In this document: positions 1-13,000 of the stretch, piece by piece
Position numbering within the stretch: the stretch's first letter is position 1
Layout of the letters: each line of letters starts with the position of its first letter
Source: Botryllus schlosseri
Lineage: Eukaryota
Assembly: GCA_051294905.1 (NCBI GenBank)
Contig: CM119371.1
Span: 7,752,001 to 7,816,000 of the forward strand
Direction: 5' to 3'
DNA length: 64,000 nucleotides
The notes under the pieces: generated by a model
Told to the model about the DNA's origin: nothing
What the model saw: only the letters and a program-made list of their open reading frames with translations
Databases searched by the model: none
Translations under genes and position numbers: made by a program

Positions 1-364
1 TTCGCCATACATTTGCAATTTAGTATTTTGTTATTAGTGATGCAAATTAGCAACAATTGACTGTGTATAGCGGCATACGATCTGAGGTTACTGACATCTC
101 TTGCAGCTCAAGTGCTACTATCGACTGTGTGTGGTGTGGGGCAGGCCTGATACGCAGTAGGCTGGTGCGCCTGCTATCATCGCTGATCTGAATTACCGCT
201 TCTGCAGCAGTAACTTTACCTACTCTCTCCCCAATACTGTTACATTTAGGTTGATTCGTTCGTAATGCCATGCTGTTTTTGGGCTGACACGAAATAAATT
301 CCAATTTGCGTGGTGGGCGGCTTAACTGGCGGCAAATAGACTCTGTGACCAAATACTATTTTAT

Positions 365-656
365 TCAAATCCAAATTTTTTGACGGCAATAACTCCGCTT
401 CTACTGGTTGGAATTGAACCAAATTTGAAGAACATCGTTTTTATAGACAACCTTCTAATACTTTCATGGGTGAACAGAAAAATTTCAAATTTTTCGTTAT
501 TTTATATAATAAATAGAAACTTTTTTCTCCCGTAGAAATGCGGCTACTGGTTGGAATTGAACCAAATTTGGTGTGTAGGCTTAAGTTAGGTAACCTAACA
601 ATTTTATCAAGTAGCCAGTACGATTTGAGAAAAAAGGTCATTTTTGAAGACCCCTA
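365..656. mobile_element. Right arm of the foldback TAGGG-ended MITE family (see 42162-42780)
   Basis: aataactccgcttctactggttggaattgaaccaaattt and the end aaaaaggtcatttttgaagaccccta match the 42162-42780 arm. Confidence 0.75.
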
Positions 657-661
657 ATGAA

Positions 662-729
662 CAGGGGTGTACGAGTTTTAAGCAAACGGTAAAAGGGTGT
701 ACCACGTCCAAAAAGGTTGAAGAGCACTG
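662..729. mobile_element. Right end of a CAGTG-type hAT MITE
   Basis: ggttgaagagcactg end; reverse complement matches 39946-40012 (cggtgctcttcaacc...gtacacccct). Confidence 0.6.
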
Positions 730-1064
730 CACTAGTGCATGCGCGGGACCAGCACAGATTCATATATTCCCAAAAGCTTGCAAAGCTAATGCAAAACAAC
801 TGCAAGGACTTTTGTGAAAAAATATATCAGATCCTAGAAAAAAAGTTCTGGACATCGTGCGATTTGCTTATCGGGATTGTCTTGTTACAATTCCAAAACA
901 TTCCACTCCAGATCAGCGTACAGAATTTTGCTTTTGCAACAAATCGTTTGTCCCAAACTGATCTCCGCACTATTTACTTGTGATCAAGATCGAATAGTGG
1001 CCTTCAGCACTTTCAAGCAAGTAGCCTTTGTTGGGGTCGATATAACGAGGTGGTACATGAGCTC

Positions 1065-1480
1065 TAGTGCGGAGCGGATCGACAAATTCTCTGGTCCGGC
1101 TCCGATCCGGTTTGTCAATTCTCTGGTCCGGCTCCGGCCGTATCAGGAAAAAGTATTGATCCGGCTCCGATCCGGCTCCGGTCAAAAATAAAAAAATCCT
1201 GCTGGAAATTAGGCCCAACACGGTACGGTGGCTCCGTGAATTTAAAAATGTGGCTCGTTTCTTTTCGCACTGGCTTGGCGGTTACCTGCGAGTTGTTCGT
1301 TAGTAGTTATTTAGTTACAAACGTCATGCTTATCCATAAAGATTCTGGCCCTATCAAAAAAGTACCGATCCGGCTCCGGCCGTATCAGAAGAAGTACTGA
1401 TCCGGCTCCAATCCGGTCCGGCTGAAATTGAAAAAATCCGGCCGGATATCCAATCCGACTCTGGTCTATGCTCCGCACTA
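1065..1480. mobile_element. hAT MITE with GATCCGGCTCCG subterminal repeats
   Basis: TIR TAGTGCGGAGC/GCTCCGCACTA; TSD atgagctc/atgagccc. Confidence 0.9.
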
Positions 1481-2199
1481 ATGAGCCCGGTAAAATGCTC
1501 GAAATGGCATGCACAAAGAAAAAGTTTGGGAAGCACTAGATTAATGCACATCCGCTGATCCGCTATCGTAATCATAAAATCCTATTCCGCAGATCAAGAT
1601 TCCATTTAAACGCATAAGTATATGCTATAGGATATTACCTGGGGACCTCCATGTCAAACTTTGATCTGCGTATGGCCGAATGACGCCTTGAAATCTGAGA
1701 TTCAATTCCCGAAATCCCCTTTCGGTAGGTGGCGCGTGCATTCTTGCCTTTCACTGTCTTTCAGAAGTTTTTGGACATCGCCGTGCCATCCTTCAAACTT
1801 TTTGGTTCTTGAGATTTCAAGTTATGTTATCTCCCTTATATTCCAAATAGGCATATCAAATTTGGAATCCTTTCTCTGTGCACTACCATTGCACAATCGT
1901 GTATCCTGATGCCATTCGCAAATTGCTATGGAATGGAATTGAATGACATTGTTGCCGGGGTTACGTCGTTGTGATGCAACTCTGGTAACAAAGATTCAAT
2001 ATCACACTAAGTAACTAGTTTCAACCATTCTGTTTTAGTTTATGCCTGAACTAACACGCGGGGAATTTATAATCTTGTGGTGGCACAGTCGATATTAGTT
2101 GCATAATAATATATACAATAATCATTCGTAATGCTGCTCATCCAATCAAGACACACAATGAACAACGTGATATATCATGGCCACGGACACACTTACATA

Positions 2200-3562
2200 C
2201 AGGGCCGTAACTGCCGCACCCCAAACCCCCAATTGGGGGGGGGGGGGGGGCGAGCTCGAAGGGGGCCCAAAATTATTTCGTGAATTAGCATAAATTATAG
2301 AGTGTTTTTTGAAAATGTATGCAACTTTATCAAAAAAATTTCGCGCTGGGCGCGATTCCAAGTTGCCAAGTATCTTGATTATTGAGTACTCTTCCCCTAA
2401 GACAAAATACGCAAGATTTATAGAAATGGGCAAATAGGCGTTGGCCATTACCTCGCCACGACGCACCAAAACATATAAAGTTTTAGACCATGTAACATGC
2501 GACTGCAAGAAGTGTGCCAGAACGTTCGGCAGCTAGAAAACCTTGGCCGACAAAGACTGCCCTTATGCTGACCGAAAACTTCGTTATATATACAAAATAC
2601 ATGTAGGTTTAATAGTTCTTAGGCGCCTAAATGACTGGCGCCTAAATGTTCCTGCCATGGCAATCAGTAACTCACAAGACTAATACCACCCCGCAGGGAA
2701 AAATTATATGCCAGTGAAGAAACACCTATTTGAAATCATGTGATCTTTTAGTTTAGTACGTTTGGGCGATTCTATATTTTTGATATAGCAGACAGGAGGT
2801 CACGAAATAACATCATTTAACGAAGTCATACCAACGGGTCCACCCGCCCGAAGATGTTTAATTATTATCTACGGGCTCTACATTATCCAAGACAACACCT
2901 ATTTCAGCTCTACCGGTAAATCTGATTAGCTGAGCAAGTGAGCATAGAGGACAAGAAATTGATAGCAATAGCTATGCAATTCCCGATGTTATTGACTGAT
3001 TTTATCATGAATTATCGAAAATTTTCACGCTTCGCTCTGGCTAACTAAGCAGTACAATTTCGTGGCAAAAGTGAACAACGTGATGGCGGGTCGGTTGGGA
3101 GCCTTATGTTGGGAGCCCAAGACTCCAGTCTTTTTTGGGCCCTGACAGAGTGCTGTTTCGTTCCTGCCAACGGGTATACAATACACCCGGAGATGTTTAA
3201 TTATTTATTGAGGGGTCCTACCACTTCAAACACACCTCACTCAGCCCTACCGGTAAATCTGACTACCTGAGCAAAGAAAGGATAAAAATTGATAGTATTA
3301 TATATGCAATTCCCGATCATATTGGCCGATTCAGTCATGAATTACAGAAATTTCTCGCGCTTCGCGCGTTTTTAGGGGATAAAATCTGACTCACTAAACG
3401 GACACCCAATATAGATGATAAGCAGCGGTAAATAGCGTATAGCCCGAGGGGGGTATGGGGGGCGAAGCCCCCCAGAAGTTCACCTTATCACCCTATTGGG
3501 GGCACAGGATCAACGTGTTTTTTTTTGGGGGGGGGGGCTGACGAAGTGCTGTTACGGCCCTG
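2200..3562. mobile_element. hAT-type non-autonomous element (family A), full length
   Basis: TIR CAGGGCCGTAAC/GTTACGGCCCTG; perfect TSD cttacata; poly-G tracts; internal duplicated block (~2853-3040 and ~3192-3370). Confidence 0.92.
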
Positions 3563-3825
3563 CTTACATATTACATGTATCTCCCGACTGGTACCTAATA
3601 CCCACGTTTCTCGTAGCCTGGTAATATCAGCGCAGCCGTAGATATTCCAGTTTGCCACTCATCCGACGCTGACCAAACTACAGGCCACGTATGATAGTGA
3701 GTCGAAAATACTAAGCCCAACAGAAATGCAGCTGCGCTAATGACGGGCGACATAATTTTTCGACGTAGTAATCGGTGGTTAATTGCATCCTTGGTCGTGA
3801 TTATTCTCCACTTCGTTTGCTTGTC

Positions 3826-3940
3826 TATATATTGTGACGCGTCCCGCACGCGCGCCTAGACATCATTAAGTTTTTGTAGGTAGGTTTGGCATGCGATAGC
3901 CGTTGCTCGGTCACAGGTCTTGTGCTATGTATTTTTGTAG
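3826..3940 (+). promoter_or_regulatory. Putative core promoter, short non-coding first exon and 61-nt first intron of gene 1
   Basis: TATATA at 3826-3831, GC-rich CGCGCC, Inr-like TCATT 3863-3867, donor AG|GTAGGT after 3879, acceptor at 3940. The same order of elements recurs at 52563-52677. Confidence 0.45.
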
Positions 3941-4099
3941 AGATTTCGTCGACGTTCATTGTGTTGGAAATTACTACTCCATCTGGAGCGAAAGAGATGA
4001 CAATCAGCCCCAAGAAGCAATCTGATAGCGAGCTTTCCCCAGGCAAAATGGAGCCAGGCCCAAACGAGACTACTGTCATTGCTACGGATGACACCGACG
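3941..4099 (+). CDS. Gene 1 ATG-bearing exon (ATG at 3997)
   Basis: Acceptor atttttgtag ends 3940; donor GACG|gtaaga at 4099. The ATG and KQSDSE motif are conserved in the paralogous exon at 52678-52829. Confidence 0.75.
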
Positions 4100-7000
4100 G
4101 TAAGACCTTGCATAGATATGATATCTGCAAGTTGAATTATAGACTAGAAAACGTAGGTATCCCACGTATTCGTAAAAGGTAGGGGTTGAGTTACTCCGTT
4201 ATCCCTCCGTGAGCACGAGACAGCAAAACGTACAGTCGTACACACCTTTCGGATGGATACTTAGTTCCTCTTTACGTTGCGTACCGTTTCCACTATGTTC
4301 AGTGTTATTCTCGAAGCTGGGAAAAATCAGGCATCTGAGTCAGAGGTCTCAAACTCAAATGTGCTCGCGGGCAAACTTCCCAGATTTTGATGACGCCGCG
4401 GGCCGCAGCATCAATAATATAGAGGTATTCAATGTCTTCGAAGTGGGCCTTATTTGACGGGATGGAATTAACCGACAGAAAGCGAGTCGACCCAGCAGAC
4501 TGACATTCCACACGCGCATCGCGAAAATTTGATTTAACATTATAACATTTTACGCCAGGCCTGAAAAAAATCACATTAATAAGTATTTGAAAAAAATTGT
4601 TGTACTTGGTAGAGAGTGAGCCTGATTTGTCAAAAATATGAGATATAGAGACCATTCGAGAGGACTACAGCTTCTTGCCATCATCAAAACTGTCGCGTTA
4701 AGATTATGCAGTTAGCGGACGTTTGACGTGCCACAACTATAGCTAGAATAATTTAGAATTAACAAATGATTGATCTGATGTCACAGCATTTGAGCAGTAT
4801 AGTCTGATCCAGGTATTAGGTATACTCCTGATAATTAGGCTATTGATCATGTCATTCCCTTAGTTGCGATGATGCAAGATTGACCTTCGAACGTTAGAAC
4901 AGATCAATAACAACAAATGTCCAATTGTCGAACAATACATTGGTGTTACAGCGGTGGAGCGTACCATTACGTTGCTCTCCACCAGTAAGTGACGGTAATA
5001 ACATGAATAAAAGGGGTCCAAGTTTTATTAAAAAATTTCTGAATTATTACTAAATCACACGACACGCGATTAGTTTGCTGCTTGCATTGCTTGTAACCAA
5101 GTCACTCGGTGTCAAGTCGAATCATATTCATTTGGTCACCAAGTCAGTACGAGTTCGAGCGAAAGGTCGAGTCTAAGTCACGATATTCTGTCACGATTCA
5201 GTGTTTTATCATGTAAATAGGCAATGTGACCTATCCGATCTTCCACCGCATGGTTGCTTTCGAAACTGATGTGTTAGTGAAGTTGAATGCGTAGTCTTTC
5301 GGATTTTGAAGCAATTTAAGAGTGAATTACAAGTTTTCAAATGAGAAAAAAGATATATGGCACCTAAATATTGTCATATAATTGAACATCCAAAATGTCG
5401 GCGCGGGCCGCGTGTTTGAGACTTCTGATCTGAGTGATGCGTAACCGCGTCGTGGCATGAGGATTGGAGTCTAATATAGTATCAACAGTTACCACATAAG
5501 GATGTGGATGATTGGGAAGTTCAAATATCTATTTTCGATGGAAATATGAATATTTTCGATGGAAATATGAAATATCATGCTAGTTACACATCACAGCAAA
5601 CTAAATTAGGTATCCTTCCGACCATGCCAATTTCATTGCGCTTCGTGGCACTGGTGTGAATTAATAACTTCGCGGAAATGTCTTTTGTACTACTGTGCGT
5701 AGCATATCAGCTTTTTGCAATATGTTTGGGTGTTGCAATAGGGCAGGGCTGGCCAACCTTTTCAGCCAAAGGGCCACATTCGAACGACGAAATATTGCGC
5801 GGGCCACTAGCCGCGCCAAGCGCGAAAATTTTTCGAAGTTCATAGCTCAATAATATTGTCACTTGACTATATTGCAGGCCTGCAGTATATCGCTAGGTTC
5901 AGTTCGCCAGGGCTAGACTATTCAGCGCCTGGACATATCAATTTCGAAAGCTTCGGCCAACATGCGTCAATCATTTTGTGCCTAGGTTTCATAGTCGACG
6001 GTCTTTCTGCGAGCGCAAACGCTAGGTCGCATATGTTTAACAACACTTTGTATCGTAATCGAGAATATAGTTAGACTCAATCTGATACATTAGGCGTTCT
6101 TTCATCTTCACAAAGGGGTAACAACATTAAAAGCAAAATATCGAATGACTACATGTTGCGCGAAGGCTGTGGAAATATTTACTTTTGATAACTTTATCGC
6201 AAATTCTTCTTCTTTGTAGTGTACGAAGATCTACCACCGATCACCAAAGTGTGACTGGCTCATGGAAATGCCAATGAGTAGTAACTGATATTTTGATCAT
6301 CACATCTTAAGTGTTGCGGCGAGACTATTCAATTTTTTGGTTGGCCTTGCAAGGTCACAATCTGCAATTCATTTTTTTATAACATTACCAAGTTCGTATA
6401 TTACCTCGCGGGCCACTCAAAACCTTCTCGCGGGCCACATGTGGCCCGCGGGCCACGGGTTAGCCGGCCCTGCAATAGGTGTAGAAAGTAACGACACGGC
6501 ACTGTAATTTCAGTACTCGATAATTTCGCCTGTCATTAAGTCCGCCTTGCATCAATAAAATCAATGCTCGCTAAGGATTTGCTCGATTCAGAGTATTCCA
6601 AGCATGATGCACAGCCCTGGTTACACGTTGAACATATTCCCATGCGAAATGTTTTCCCGAGTGTATTTCCATAAGCTAGAATGCTCGATTGTGATATTGA
6701 TGTCGCAAAAGTAGACTGCAGGACCCCACTGGGCTGGCTTTAATCACGCGGTATCAGTCGTGAAATCCGCACCAACTGTACAGACGCATGCGTAGTAGTG
6801 TTCTTGCATATCCGCATACACAGCGTCACTTCATCGATCAATGAGTTTCGACAGGTCCCAATTTCATCCTTGACTGCATATAGTACAGAAATTCTCGCCG
6901 CTGTGGATTAGCACTTTATATCATCCACATCATCTTGAATTGTCAGGGAAAAACTCCTGCGAGCTGAATGACCCAGAAGCCGTTGAGCTAGCCGTTGAAT

Positions 7001-10000
7001 TTGAGATGAAAGGCGACTCAGGGCCGCAAGACGTAACCTACGAAGTCTCGGCCGCACCGAAGGAAGAAGCTGGTAATGTGAATTAGTTGCTGGACTGAAA
7101 ATTGTTCAAGTAGGCTACTAAATCTGTTCAATTATTAAAACTGTTCCAACTATACTAACAATGCGCTCTTCCCCTTTTCTCGGTGTGGTGAATCTTAAAG
7201 TCGTTTCTGCGAACTCGTGCACCACGTATGTGTAATTGTGTATACCTGATGGAATTCAATAAAGTTAGTAGCGGATAACTAATACGTCCGCATCTTAACG
7301 CAGAGCTGCTCACGGCCAATTTAGAAAGCTGATCAGGAAAAATGTCAGCATCTTCGAACGTCACCCGCTGATGTAAATCGACGCCTTTGCGTAACAAGTT
7401 TGTTGTGAACTCTAGTTGTGAATTGTGCAGTGTGAACCCCTTGCATAGTTGGTTGAACAGTGCACAGCGGCTGGTGAGTATTGTATTAGTGGCACTGCGA
7501 TGTGTGTACACAAATATAGATGCGTTTACACTGCCAATCGTATCTACAAATCGGGACTGACGTTGCAGTTACCGAGTACTTTAACCGCGACCATGGACCT
7601 TCCTTTCTAGATACTATTCCTAATGAACCAAGAATGGATCAAATGGTTTCAGAGGGCGAGCTTGAACCCGTGGACACTGGGACAGATTGCGACGAAGAAT
7701 ATTTGAAATCGCAAAGTATTGACAGAGCCGAGCCGGCAGAGTACGGTATGACTGTGATTAACTGGCTTGTTCTAATCGGTTGCCGGTGAACTCGGCACTT
7801 GGTGAGTTCGGCCGCACAAACTCGGCAATTGATGATCTCGGCACTTGGTGAATTCGGCCCTCGGGAAATTTTGTAATGAAGTGTATTAACAGCTATTAAT
7901 ATGAATTAATAAACTAATAATAGTATTATCAAGTGATTCCTCAATCTTGTAAGGAGGTCAGGGCATCCGTTGATCACGCAGTTACGGCATGATTAGATCA
8001 CGGATTGCGTAGCCGCGGGAAATAACGCAGCGCTCATATACCGACCACGACCACGCGCGGTCTGCTTGGAATCGATGGCGTGAGTGACGGGCGTGTGTCG
8101 TACTGTCGTGTAAGTTTAGAGAAGATGGATCTTGGCGTTGTATGTGAGATGGGAGCTGTGGAAGATCAAGCGGCGCTTCTTCGTTTATCGATCACGACAA
8201 GCCAGTGTTCCTCATCAACAAATGTTTCGCATGACCACGTCAAAATAAATTAATTTTTGCATTTGGAGAGACGATTCCACTCTGGGGTTAGGGTGTCTCG
8301 ATAACAGGGTTGAGGGATGCCAAGATTACGAAATCTACCGCGAGTCACGACACGTTTAAATTTCCTTTTTGATACTGTTCATTAATATTAAATGCATTTC
8401 TAATGCGAAGGTGTTCTAGTGCCAATTCCTCCAAGGGACGAGTTCACCAAGTGAAGAGCGTCGCGTTATTTCCCGCGGTTACGCAATCTGTGATCTAATC
8501 ACGCCGTGACTGTGTGATCTACGCATGCCCTAACCCCCGTACAACATTGACAACCACTCAAAGTGCCAAGTTCCCCGGCAAACATTCCAGTAACCAATCA
8601 TGGCTACAAGATCTACCACGGCCGAATTCACCAAGTGCCGAGTTTGTGTGGCCGAATTCACCAAGTGCCGAGTTCACTGGTAATCGTTCTAATCTACGTG
8701 CACTAATCGGCTTCGTGATCGTGATATTGCCTCCCATGATAGCAAAATGAATAGAACGACGTGTTGGCCCGACGTCAAGAAACACTACGAACACTAAACT
8801 ATATCCGTTATACGCCTAAGCATATATATCGGTCAAGTCAGGCTAAAAACCAATTGACAAAATATTCGGCCATATCACGTGAATTTCCATTTGACTCGTA
8901 GTACAAAGATTGCAGTTCGTCAATTTTTAGGGGTGAGGAAGTATTGTCATTGAACGGTGGTATCCAGGAAAAGGTTCTATCACTTATTCCAGAAGCAGGA
9001 ATAACATTTTTGGTGGGGACTGGACTGAGTTGTGAACCGCTGGTTTACGCGAACGCTAAAACGGGTCGGATTGAGTAATCATGTCGACACTTTGCTCATA
9101 TCTTCAAAACCAAAACCAAAACCATACTGGTATAAGCGACATTTTTAGTAGTAGCGGAGGAAGGGGTGTGTCATGTGTTCTTGGATTCTGTATTAAATTG
9201 TGTGAACACATCTATTTACCGTGTTACATTGTTAGACACGATATAAAGAGCGTCTACACATTATCAACATGTTTGAGTGTTGCAATACGTCCAATTGACT
9301 TGAGATTTCAAGGCTTCCCATGGTGTAAAAAGTAACGACACGGCACTACAATTTCAGTACTCCATAATATCGCCCGTCATTACTCCGCCTCGAATCAATA
9401 AAATCAATGCCCGCTACGGATTTCGATTCAGAGTATTCCAAGCATGATGGGCAGCCCTAGTTACACTTCGAACTCATTTCCCTGTGAAATGTTTTCCGGG
9501 TGAATTTCTTTAAGCTAGAATGGTTGCTTGTGATATTGATGTCGTAAAAGTAGACTGCAGGACCCCACTTGGCTAGCTCTAATCACGCAGTATCAGTCGT
9601 CTAATCCGCACCACACCAACATTTGCTGACATTCGTAGCATAGTGTGCTTGCATAGCCGCATGAGCGGTGTCACTTTATTGATCAATGAGTCGCGATGTC
9701 CCTACATTGATCAATGAGTCGCGACAGGTCCCAATTGGATCCTGACTACGCCAATGTACGTGCGATGTACATAAGTACAGTAATTCTCGCCGCAATAGAC
9801 GTGAATTTGCAGTTTATATAATCCACCTAATCTTGGCTTGTCAGGGAAAGCCTGCGAGCTGAATGACGCAGAAGGCGTTCAGCTACCCGTTGAATTTGGG
9901 ATGAACGGCGGTTCAGGGCCGCCTGACGTAACCTACGAAGTCTCGGCTGCACCGAAGGAAAAACCTAGTAATGTGAAATTTAGTGAACGAAGTTGGTTGC

Positions 10001-13000
10001 TGGACAGCAAATTGTTGAAGTGGCTACTAAACCTGTTCAAGTATTAATGTTCCGAGTCCAAACTCTTCCATTTTTCTCGGTGTGGTGAATCCTGAAGTCG
10101 TTTTGGGCCAACTCGTGCACCATGTTTAAACGTAATGGCATTCAATAAAATTAGTAGCGGATAACAAAAATACGACAGCGTCTTAACGCAGAGCTGCTGC
10201 TCACGACCGAATTAGAAAGTTGATCAGTATATATGTCAGCATCTTCTAACGTCACTCGCTCGATGTAAATCGACGCTTTTGTGTAATAAGTTTATGAACC
10301 CTCGTATGCCATTGTGAACTGTGGACCCCATGCATAGTTTGGTGAACCGTGCACAGCGGCTATGAGCACCGTATTGCTGGCATTCAATGTGTGTCCATTA
10401 ATATAGATGCGTATACACTGCCAATCGTATCTGCGAATCCGTACTGACGTTGCAGTCACAGAGTGCTTTAACCTCTACCGCGGACCTTCCTTTCCAGAGA
10501 CTATTCCGAATGAACCAAGAAGGGATCAAATGGTTGCAGAGGGCGTGCTTGAACCCGAGGATACTGGGACAGATTGCGACGAAGAATCTGCGAAATCGCA
10601 AAGTATTGACAGAGTCGAACCGGCACCCAACGGTATGACTGTGATTAACTGGCTTGTTCTAATCAACGTGCGGTAAACAGCTTCGCGGTCGTGATATTGC
10701 CTCCATTATAGCAAAACGAATAGAACGACGTGTTGACCCGACGTTAAGAAACACTACGAACACCCAACTATCTCCCATATACGCCTAAGTATATCGGCCA
10801 AGTCAGGCAGGCTAAAAACCAATTGACATAATATTCCCGCCGTATGACGTGAATTTCCATTTGACGCGTAGTACAAAGATTGCAGTTCGTCAATTTTATT
10901 CGACGAAAGCCATATGGCTTACGTCAGAAAACTAGGGGCGGGAAGTATTTTCATTGAAGGGTGGTATCCAGGAAAACGTTCCGTCACATGTTCCAGAAGC
11001 GGGAATAACATTTTTAGTGCGGGCTGTTAGTTGTGGACCGCTGGTTTACGCGAAAGCGGGTCGGATTGAGTAATCAACGTTAGCACTTTGCTCACGTCTT
11101 CAAAACCAAAACCATACTGGTATAAGCGACATTTGTAGTTGTAGCGGATGGAGGGGTGTGTAATGTGTTCTTGGATTCTATATTAAATTTGGGTGAACAA
11201 ATCTATGTACCGTGTTGTATTGCTAGACAGGATATAATAGAGCGTCTACACCAGGGGTTCTCAGCCTTTTCTTGGCCGTGGCCCATTTTCCGGTCTTATA
11301 ATGTGCTGTGGCCCACCTCTTATCTTGGAGTCATAATCCTGTTCAATGCGTGGTAATCGACGGCGCCGATATGCCTATTTCTCTAAATTATGCGCATTTT
11401 TCTCTAAATTTGCTGATGATATTCAAATGTAGACCTTTCGGCTCATGAAATCGCTAAGCGTGACGAAAACTTTCAAGTCGAATAAATATCCTCCAACAAA
11501 CGACCAACGAAATAATCTTGATCCATTTCGAGTTCCCGCAATTGGGGGTTTGGGTGCAGCAGTTACGGCCCTGGTAGATCATAGGCCAGGCCTGGGCAAA
11601 GTGCGGCCCGCGGGCCAAATGCGGCCCGCGAAGCCATTCTGTGCGGTCCGCGAAAGGTTGCTTGGAATTCATAACATTAAACCTGCTCTTTGAATGTTGA
11701 TACGTGGACTAAAACCATAGGCTGTATCAACTAAACAGGAAATTCGTTTACTTTGAAGCCTGTTCGTGTTCATTAATATGCCACGATTACGCTGCCTACG
11801 TACCTCGCATCCGTAATCCAGATTCAAAATAAAGGCAATGTGGCAAAGTATGAGTAACAATTAAATTCACAAGAAATCACTATTTCCATATAGTTTACGT
11901 CAAACCTTCTTTGTTTCCATTGTCACATTATGCATTTTACGGGTACACGTATTTAAATTGTTACGTAAGGCGTTTCCAAATCCGTAATTCGAAAAACAAA
12001 TCAATCAGAGAGCGCGATTACTATATGACCCATAAAAGATGAACGGGCATGTCAAAAAGAGAAAGCCGAGAGCTGAAATTCAAAGATGGTTTAGAGCACT
12101 AAATTGTATACTGGAGTAAACTGGGTAAACCCACCCTGTTAGTTTTTGCCGGTACGATTCGGCGAATTCACACATGCACGGTCCCCGGCCACGATGTTTG
12201 GCCAGTAAGATTTTAATTATGACAAAAACACGAAACAATCGGTCAAGGGAGGGCGAATTTCAGAAAAACGTCAAACTTCGCTCAACATCAAGGCTATTTG
12301 AGCTGCACACTGCTCGGAATACAGCAACCAAGACTAGCTTTGTACTATCCCATATACATTTCAGTGCAGTGGTTCTCGAACTGAGGGGCGTGAATGCATC
12401 AGAAAGGTTAGGCGCGAAGCTGAAGTAAATGATATTGTTTTCGCGCTCCGCGAGATTTAACCTCAGAGTATGCTTTATTGCTCCGTGTATTCTCTGACTT
12501 AGATATTACAGAATTCTCTCGTCAACAACCATAACCTGCCATGCCGTCAAACTATCCGTCGGGATTGCTAGCATGCTGGTTGCTCTTGTTAATATGTTGT
12601 GATATCATGATATCCCTTTTAGACACGTGTCTAAAAAAAAGTTTGAGAACCACTGTTTTAGGATTGGGGTTTAAAGAAAGTTAAAATGTATCATGTTTAA
12701 CATTGTTTCAAATCATGAAGGCAAATAGATATTTTTTAAATTAATCACCACTTTCTCATTACCTAACATCAACACATTCACTGAGCAGCACTTATTATTT
12801 AATATGTTATTTAGAGATAAAATTAAAATTCGCTGGAGAATACAGCTCAAATTTTTCACTCGGCCCGCCAACGTATTTTCTACTTCTCATTTGGCCCGTG
12901 GAGGAAAATAATTGCCCACCCCTGTCATAGGCTAAAACTACTGTGTAAATTATGATTGTCCGTTGCTCCATTCGGGACGCGAAACACAATGATCAAATCA

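Noticed and set aside
47..352. 101-aa minus-strand ORF
   Set aside because: No recognisable domain; lies next to MITE ends and is probably element interior.
1636..1910. Possible first exon of a divergent minus-strand gene (ATGGAGGTCCCCAG|gtaata) or a + strand terminal exon
   Set aside because: No partner exons or recognisable protein within the window.
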